A DNA stretch of 28,550 nucleotides from a virus (lineage: Duplodnaviria; Caudoviricetes): positions 1 to 28,550 of the IMG/VR virus record IMGVR_UViG_3300005611_000155. One strand, 5' to 3'. Each line of letters begins with the position of its first letter. The stretch's first letter is position 1. This document shows positions 22,833 through 28,550 of the stretch, one piece after another. The translations under genes and the position numbers were made by a program. The notes beneath the pieces are model-generated. The model was not told where the DNA came from. It saw nothing but the letters and a program-made list of their open reading frames with translations, and did not search any database.

Positions 22833-24101
22833 ATGGCTATTTCACGCGCACAGATGCTTAAGGAACTCCTGCCCGGGCTAAATGCCTTGTTTGGTTTGGA
22901 GTACGAAAAGTATGAAGACGAGCACGAAATGATTTATGAGACGGAATCGTCTGAGCGATCATTTGAAGAAGAAGTGAAGTTGAGTGGCTTTGGTGCCGCA
23001 CCTGTTAAAGCTGAAGGTGCAGCTATTAGCTATGATTCAGCACAGGAATCTTTCACTGCTCGATACAACCACGAAACAATCGCAATGGGCTTCTCAATCA
23101 CTGAGGAAGCAATGGAAGATAACCTGTATGACTCTTTGTCTGCACGTTACACCAAAGCTCTAGCTCGCGGTATGGCATACACCAAGCAGGTTAAAGCAGC
23201 GAACCCATTGAACAATGGCTTCACTTCTTACAACTCTGGCGATGGTGTAACACTATTTAACGCCAACCACCCGCTGGTAAATGGTGGTGTTAATGCCAAC
23301 CGTCCTTCGGTAGGTGCTGACTTAAACGAGACTTCATTAGAGAACGCAATTATTGAGATTGCCGCCTTCACTGATGAGCGAGGCTTGTTGATTGCAGCTC
23401 GACCAACTCGATTGATTGTTCCGCCCGCGTTGATGTTTACAGCAGAGCGTTTGCTTGAAACAACTCAGCGTGTTGCTACAGCAGATAATGATATCAACGC
23501 AATCCGCAACATGGGTGCAATCCCCGGCGGATACTCAGTCAACCACTACTTGACTGATAACAATGCGTTCTTCCTCATTACTGACGTACCAAACGGCATG
23601 AAGCACTTCCAGCGTACTGCGATGGAAACTTCAATGGATGGAGACTTCGACACTGGCAACGTTCGCTACAAGGCTCGTGAGCGTTACAGCTTCGGTGTTT
23701 CAGATCCTCTTTCAGGGACATATGGGCAGTCAGGTACAACAGTAACCGTAGCGGACACGGGTCACGGACTATCTACGGGCGATGTTGTTGGTATTTGCTT
23801 TTCATCAGGAACCGGCGGAACAGCTTGCTCAGGTAACTACCCAATTACAGTAACAACTGCCGATGCTTTTACAGTTACAATGCTGAACTCTGACACAATT
23901 ACAAATGATCCAGCTTGTGTTTACGTTGCAAACAGTGGCGCAAACCAAAAGAAACCAAAGCGTTGGCTTATGTGCAAGGGTGTTGCGGCAAATGATTCAT
24001 TTGCAAACGTGTTTACCGTCCCCAACAGCGGCTTTGTTACCACGCTAGGCGTATACTTTGTTATGACTAACCTTCTTGAAGCGGACATGTTTTACGAGTA
24101 A
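22833..24101 (+). CDS. Major capsid protein with apparent C-terminal fusion after ~23711
   Basis: MAISRAQMLKELLPGLNALFG...YKARERYSFGVSDPL; TAAGGAG RBS; tail has a TVT..HGL..GD beta-rich domain. Confidence 0.88.
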   Translation: MAISRAQMLKELLPGLNALFGLEYEKYEDEHEMIYETESSERSFEEEVKLSGFGAAPVKAEGAAISYDSAQESFTARYNHETIAMGFSITEEAMEDNLYDSLSARYTKALARGMAYTKQVKAANPLNNGFTSYNSGDGVTLFNANHPLVNGGVNANRPSVGADLNETSLENAIIEIAAFTDERGLLIAARPTRLIVPPALMFTAERLLETTQRVATADNDINAIRNMGAIPGGYSVNHYLTDNNAFFLITDVPNGMKHFQRTAMETSMDGDFDTGNVRYKARERYSFGVSDPLSGTYGQSGTTVTVADTGHGLSTGDVVGICFSSGTGGTACSGNYPITVTTADAFTVTMLNSDTITNDPACVYVANSGANQKKPKRWLMCKGVAANDSFANVFTVPNSGFVTTLGVYFVMTNLLEADMFYE

Positions 24102-24292
24102 TGGCTACTAAAAAAACATCCAAGTCCACGGTTAACAAGGCAGGCAACTACACAAAGCCTACAATGAGAAAATCCTTGTTTAACAAGATTAAAGCTGGAG
24201 ACAAGGGTGGCAAGCCGGGCCAGTGGAGCGCGAGAAAAGCACAAATGCTGGCCAAAGAGTACAAAGCTAAGGGTGGAGGCTACAAAGACTAA
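24101..24292 (+). CDS. Small basic protein (DUF5872-like)
   Basis: GQWSARKAQMLAKEYKAKGGGYK motif; TAATG coupling. Confidence 0.7.
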   Translation: MATKKTSKSTVNKAGNYTKPTMRKSLFNKIKAGDKGGKPGQWSARKAQMLAKEYKAKGGGYKD

Positions 24293-24546
24293 TGCCTTTA
24301 AAGTCGCCTCAGAAAAGTCTAAAAAAGTGGACAGCCCAGAAGTGGACAACAAAGTCCGGCAAGCCATCCACTCAAGGCTCCAAGGCAACTGGAGAAAGAT
24401 ATCTTCCCGAAAAGGCTATTAAGTCTTTATCTTCTTCTGAGTACGCAGCAACAACAAAGAAGAAGAGAGAGGACACCAAGAAAGGCAAGCAGCATTCGTC
24501 TCAGCCAAAGAAGGTCGCGAAGAAAACAGCGAGGCATAGAAAGTAA
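24292..24546 (+). CDS. Small basic protein
   Basis: LKKWTAQKW...ERYLP motif; TAATG coupling. Confidence 0.7.
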   Translation: MPLKSPQKSLKKWTAQKWTTKSGKPSTQGSKATGERYLPEKAIKSLSSSEYAATTKKKREDTKKGKQHSSQPKKVAKKTARHRK

Positions 24547-24836
24547 TGGCTGAAAAAAAAGATTCAAGACTTACCCGCGCTGGGGTTAGTGGATACAACA
24601 AGCCAAAGCGAACTCCAGATCATCCAAAGAAATCGCATGTTGTTGTTGCGAAAGAGGGCGACAAGGTTAAGACTATTCGTTTTGGGGAGCAAGGTGCCAA
24701 AACAGCGGGCAAACCAAAAGCGGGCGAGTCAGACAAAATGAAGAAGAAACGAGCATCATTTAAGGCCAGACACGCAAAGAATATCAAGAAGGGAAAGATG
24801 AGTGCGGCGTACTGGGCTGACAAGGCGAAGTGGTAA
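24546..24836 (+). CDS. Small basic protein
   Basis: TIRFG...SFKARH...SAAYWA motif; TAATG coupling. Confidence 0.7.
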   Translation: MAEKKDSRLTRAGVSGYNKPKRTPDHPKKSHVVVAKEGDKVKTIRFGEQGAKTAGKPKAGESDKMKKKRASFKARHAKNIKKGKMSAAYWADKAKW

Positions 24837-25048
24837 TGATCGGCAGAGCGCAAACTGGAAAAGAAATAAGCAAGGCACCCGGTTCAAGAAAAAAAGCTAA
24901 GGTGTCTAAGGTGATGAAAGAGTTTAAGCAGGGCAAGTTAAAGTCCGGCGGATCTGGTAAGACTGTAAAGAAAAAAGATCAAGCTGTTGCTATAGCGTTG
25001 TCAGAGGCAGGAATTTCAAAGCGAGGAAAGCGTAATGGGAAAAAATGA
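24836..25048 (+). CDS. Small basic protein (DUF6496-like)
   Basis: KVMKEFKQGKLKSG...QAVAIALSEA motif; TAATG coupling. Confidence 0.65.
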   Translation: MIGRAQTGKEISKAPGSRKKAKVSKVMKEFKQGKLKSGGSGKTVKKKDQAVAIALSEAGISKRGKRNGKK

Positions 25049-25301
25049 AAAAAGATTATTGAGCGCGATTAGCCCTCTTTATGCAGCGAGCCAAGGGAAT
25101 ATACCCGGAATACTTGGTGTTGGCATGTCTGTTATGGAAGATAGAAAAGACAAGAAAGAAGAAGAGAAAATGCTTAGAGGTCAGACAACATCTCAAGAGC
25201 GAGATGCAGCTGGCAAGGCTATTCAAATGAAAACAGGTGGACGAGTTAAGCCTATTGATGGATGTGCTACCAGAGGCAAAACAAAGGGTAGAGTTCGCTA
25301 A
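25035..25301 (+). CDS. Hypothetical protein ending DGCATRGKTKGR
   Basis: GAGG RBS; TAATG coupling to the next gene. Confidence 0.65.
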   Translation: MGKNEKRLLSAISPLYAASQGNIPGILGVGMSVMEDRKDKKEEEKMLRGQTTSQERDAAGKAIQMKTGGRVKPIDGCATRGKTKGRVR

Positions 25302-25993
25302 TGACAACCAGTGGCACATACGCATTTAACCTAGACCTTTCAGAGGCAATAGAAGAGGCTTTTGAAAGAGCAGGCTTAGAGCTTCGTAGTGGGTATGACT
25401 ACAAAACAGCTCGGCGTAGCATTGATCTGTTGATGCTTGAGTGGCAAAACAAAGGTTTAAACTTGTGGACTGTCAAGGAAGGAACTCAGGTTCTCACCCC
25501 CGGCACGGGCAACTATGACCTAGACCCTCAAGTCTTTGATATTGTTGACGCGTACTTGCGTACAGATGCCGGTAACACAAACGGTCAGTTCGATCAAAGC
25601 ATGAGTAGAATATCGATTAGTCAGTATGCCCACCTTTCAAACAAGCTAACTCAGTCTAAGCCCCTTGAGTATTACGTTGAGCGCAAGCCCACAGGGATCA
25701 CTATTAAGTTGTGGCCTGTACCTGACAGCCAAGAGACTTACACGTTTGGGTTCTATTATATGGAGCGTGTTGAGGATTCTGGCAAGCCCGCCTCAAACAA
25801 TATGGATGTTCCTGCAAGATTCTTGCCATGTCTTGTTGCCGGTCTGGCATACAACCTTGCTAAAAAATATCCTCAGGCTGCCGACCGCGCCCAGCTTCTC
25901 AAGGCAGATTACGATGAGCAATGGGAGATGGCGGCAGATGCGGCTAGAGAAAAAGCATCGCTGTTTGTATCTCCGGGAGGGTATACCTTTTGA
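25301..25993 (+). CDS. Putative head-tail adaptor protein
   Basis: IEEAFER, W.NKGLNLW, LWPVPD, PARFLPCLVAGLAY motifs; position after head genes. Confidence 0.7.
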   Translation: MTTSGTYAFNLDLSEAIEEAFERAGLELRSGYDYKTARRSIDLLMLEWQNKGLNLWTVKEGTQVLTPGTGNYDLDPQVFDIVDAYLRTDAGNTNGQFDQSMSRISISQYAHLSNKLTQSKPLEYYVERKPTGITIKLWPVPDSQETYTFGFYYMERVEDSGKPASNNMDVPARFLPCLVAGLAYNLAKKYPQAADRAQLLKADYDEQWEMAADAAREKASLFVSPGGYTF

Positions 25994-26160
25994 GTTACGC
26001 TAGTGGAAAGCATGCGTTTGGTTATTGTGACCGCACTGGGTTTAGATACCCTAAAAAAGATTTAGTTCCCCAGATTGTTAACAAGCTCAAAGCATTGGGT
26101 GAGGGCTACAGCACAACAGACAGTTATAGATCCGGATCAGTGAGGTTACCAAGAACATAA
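25990..26160 (+). CDS. 56 aa ORF that looks like a fusion of two gene ends (MSYASGKHAFGYCDRTGFRY...VN|KLKALGEG...DSYRSG)
   Basis: Manually translated; TTGA overlap upstream with GGAGG RBS, TAATG downstream. Confidence 0.6.
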   Translation: MSYASGKHAFGYCDRTGFRYPKKDLVPQIVNKLKALGEGYSTTDSYRSGSVRLPRT

Positions 26161-26447
26161 TGTTTGAGATCAGTGTTGCACAAGCAGGAACCGTTAACGT
26201 AGCCACCTCAAACAATGGGGGATTTTCTGTTGATCATTGGGCTGATCGGGCAACCGATACTATTATTTCTGTGGGCGAAAAAAATCACCCAGAGATTGTT
26301 CAGCAGGCAAAGGCATACAAAGACAACATCCGTCATGTCATTAAAACTTATATGCTTGAGGCTATAAAAAGCAACAAAACCGACACCATTGTTGAGTTGG
26401 AGCGCAATGGCAACCAAGAATTAGCAACAATTTTGAGGAAAATCTAA
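26160..26447 (+). CDS. Hypothetical protein
   Basis: TAATG coupling at both ends. Confidence 0.7.
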   Translation: MFEISVAQAGTVNVATSNNGGFSVDHWADRATDTIISVGEKNHPEIVQQAKAYKDNIRHVIKTYMLEAIKSNKTDTIVELERNGNQELATILRKI

Positions 26448-26917
26448 TGGCTATCACTCAAGCTGTATGTACATCTTTTAAGCAAGAGCTTTTACAAGGC
26501 ATCCACAATTTAACAAATGGTGCTGGCGGTGGAACAACTACCACAACTGGGACTGGTAACACTTTTAAGCTGGCGCTTTACACCAGTTCTGCAACGCTAG
26601 ACGCTTCAACCACTGCGTTTACAACCAGTAACGAGATAAGCGGTAGCGGTTATTCTTCTGGTGGCGGCACTTTAACCAACGTAACGCCATCAACATCTGG
26701 CACCACTGCGTTAACGGACTTTGCTGATCTTACGTTTTCTGCTGCAACAATTACAGCAAGAGGGGCAATGATTTATAATTCCTCTACAACAGCTGGCACA
26801 GCGGATAGGGCGGTTCTTATTTTAGACTTTGGCTCTGACAAAACATCAACTGCCGGAGACTTTACAATTCAATTCCCAACAGCAGACGCAAGCAACGCGA
26901 TTATTCGTATTGCCTAA
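26447..26917 (+). CDS. Putative tail/virion structural protein
   Basis: MAITQAVCTSFKQELL, FKLALYT, LDFGSDK motifs; Thr/Ser/Gly-rich. Confidence 0.7.
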   Translation: MAITQAVCTSFKQELLQGIHNLTNGAGGGTTTTTGTGNTFKLALYTSSATLDASTTAFTTSNEISGSGYSSGGGTLTNVTPSTSGTTALTDFADLTFSAATITARGAMIYNSSTTAGTADRAVLILDFGSDKTSTAGDFTIQFPTADASNAIIRIA

Positions 26918-26927
26918 GGAGTAGACA

Positions 26928-27629
26928 GTGTCCAGCATCATTGTTGCTTTTGAAGGCTGGAGCAGTTCAACCCAAGGTTGGGGCGAGGCAGGCTGGGGCC
27001 AAGGTATAGCAGTACCAGAGGCGACCGCCTCTGTAGGCTCTGTAACTGTTGTTGCTGAAGCCAATGTAGTTTTAACTGGGCAGTCAGTTACATTAAGTCT
27101 AGGTGATGTCACTGTTGCAGCAAATGCGGTTGTAACACCATCGGGAGAAGAGATCTCGGCATTCGCTGGATCTGTTGCTGTTACCGGTATAGCCAATGTA
27201 TTCCCTACTGGTCAGTCCGGCGTTTTGTCGGTGGGCAGTGTTACAGTTGCAGCAGATTCAAATACCAGTGTTACCGGCGAGTCAGTAACAGTATTTACTA
27301 ACGATGTTGTTGTTGACGCTCAAGCAGTTGTTGTTCCTACCGGCCAAGAGTTAACAGCATCAACCAATAGCGTTACCGTTACAGGAATTGGAAACGTTTT
27401 TGTTGTTGGCGAACAAGTAACATCAACAGTTGGGTCTGTTACCGTAGATGCCAAAGCAACTGTCTTCCCAACAGGCACACAGTCTATTATTAACATCGGC
27501 ACCGTTCTTGTTTGGAGTGATGTTATTCCGGGTCAAGATCCTAACTGGCAGGATGTTAGTGAGGCTCAAAGTCCGTCATGGCTGCTCATTAACGATAGTC
27601 AAACACCTAATTGGAAAAATGTTGCATAG
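26928..27629 (+). CDS. Repetitive beta-rich virion protein
   Basis: GWG N-terminus and about seven V..TG......GSVTV repeats; GTG start with TAAGGAG RBS. Confidence 0.7.
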   Translation: MSSIIVAFEGWSSSTQGWGEAGWGQGIAVPEATASVGSVTVVAEANVVLTGQSVTLSLGDVTVAANAVVTPSGEEISAFAGSVAVTGIANVFPTGQSGVLSVGSVTVAADSNTSVTGESVTVFTNDVVVDAQAVVVPTGQELTASTNSVTVTGIGNVFVVGEQVTSTVGSVTVDAKATVFPTGTQSIINIGTVLVWSDVIPGQDPNWQDVSEAQSPSWLLINDSQTPNWKNVA

Positions 27630-27647
27630 CAACAGTGAGGATAGAAA

Positions 27648-28550
27648 ATGGCAACTTATGTCAATGATCTTAGATTAAAAGAAATTGCTACAGGCGATGA
27701 GGCTGGAACATGGGGAACCAGCACAAACACCAACCTTGAGTTAATTGGTGAGGCCTTGGGCTATGGCACTCAAGATTGTTTTGCTTCAGATGCCGATGCA
27801 ACAACCACTGTTGCTGATGGAGCGACAGACCCTGCCCGGGCAATGTATTTTAAGGTTACCTCTTCTGCAACATTAACAGCAACAAGAACCTTAACGATTG
27901 CCCCAAACACTATTAGCCGGGTAATGTTGATTGAGAATGCAACCACTGGGTCGCAAAGCATTACTATTTCTCAAGGCTCTGGAAGCACTGTAACAATTGC
28001 TAGTGGTGCTGTTAAGATGGTTTACCTTGATGGTGCTGGCGCGGGTGGAGCGGTTGTTGAAGCGCTTGCGGACTTAGAGTTGCCTACAGTTACTGTGGCA
28101 GACCTCACTGCCACCACAGCAGACATTAACGGCGGAACCATTGACGGCACAGTTATCGGAGGAAGCACTCCAGCGGCTGTCACAACGTCATCTCTTGTAG
28201 CCACTACAGCAGACATCAACGGCGGCACAATAGACGGCACAGTCATTGGTGGTTCTACTGCAGCGGCTGGGACTTTTACAACCTTCACCTCTACAGGTAT
28301 TGACGACAACGCTACATCAACAGCGATTACTATTGATGCTAGTCAGAATGTGGGTATTGGTGTTACTCCCAGCACATACAGACTAGATGTGCTGACAGAG
28401 GGCAATAACGGCATCCGTGTTAATGCAGGGACAGGCGGAGCTGACCAGTTGTATTTTGGCAACACTGGGGGCGTCCCTGCGGTTGGAACACTGAGTAGCG
28501 ATCCTCTAACAATGGTTACCGCAGGCACAGAACGCGCACGCATAGACAGC
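27648..28550 (+). CDS. Tail fibre protein, N-terminal part (runs off window)
   Basis: MATYVNDLRLKEIATGDEAGTWG..., two ADINGGTIDGTVIGGST repeats, NVGIG and ERARIDS motifs; open to the window end. Confidence 0.8.
   Translation, partial: MATYVNDLRLKEIATGDEAGTWGTSTNTNLELIGEALGYGTQDCFASDADATTTVADGATDPARAMYFKVTSSATLTATRTLTIAPNTISRVMLIENATTGSQSITISQGSGSTVTIASGAVKMVYLDGAGAGGAVVEALADLELPTVTVADLTATTADINGGTIDGTVIGGSTPAAVTTSSLVATTADINGGTIDGTVIGGSTAAAGTFTTFTSTGIDDNATSTAITIDASQNVGIGVTPSTYRLDVLTEGNNGIRVNAGTGGADQLYFGNTGGVPAVGTLSSDPLTMVTAGTERARIDS

Noticed and set aside
23700-23720. Programmed frameshift or readthrough producing a long capsid isoform
   Set aside because: The extension is in frame with no stop codon or slippery heptamer at the junction

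Overview
A 28.5 kb slice of a tailed dsDNA phage genome (podovirus-like gene order typical of uncultured aquatic phages; a CTGT-N8-ACAG LexA box hints at a gamma/beta-proteobacterial host). Left to right: a leftward recombination module (NinB-like, SSB-like, Sak3/DUF1071 annealase, PD-(D/E)XK exonuclease); rightward RusA and T7-gp4-like primase-helicase; a leftward early/accessory operon (YubB-like, ArdC, many small ORFs) driven by a sigma70-like promoter near 13.15 kb; then rightward terS, terL, portal, GroES, scaffold, capsid, small basic proteins, adaptor and tail genes. Most notable: (1) the terL intein has no in-frame endonuclease but nests a complete Endonuclease VII gene with its own RBS in another reading frame; (2) two hammerhead ribozymes in the early transcript, one directly downstream of a ~210 nt structured leader RNA; (3) four stop-codon GUAA hairpins at early gene ends; (4) an array of recombinase-site-like palindromes at 373-510; (5) three apparent in-frame gene-fusion junctions in the structural region (terL, capsid, post-adaptor gene). 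All family calls are from motif recognition, not database searches.
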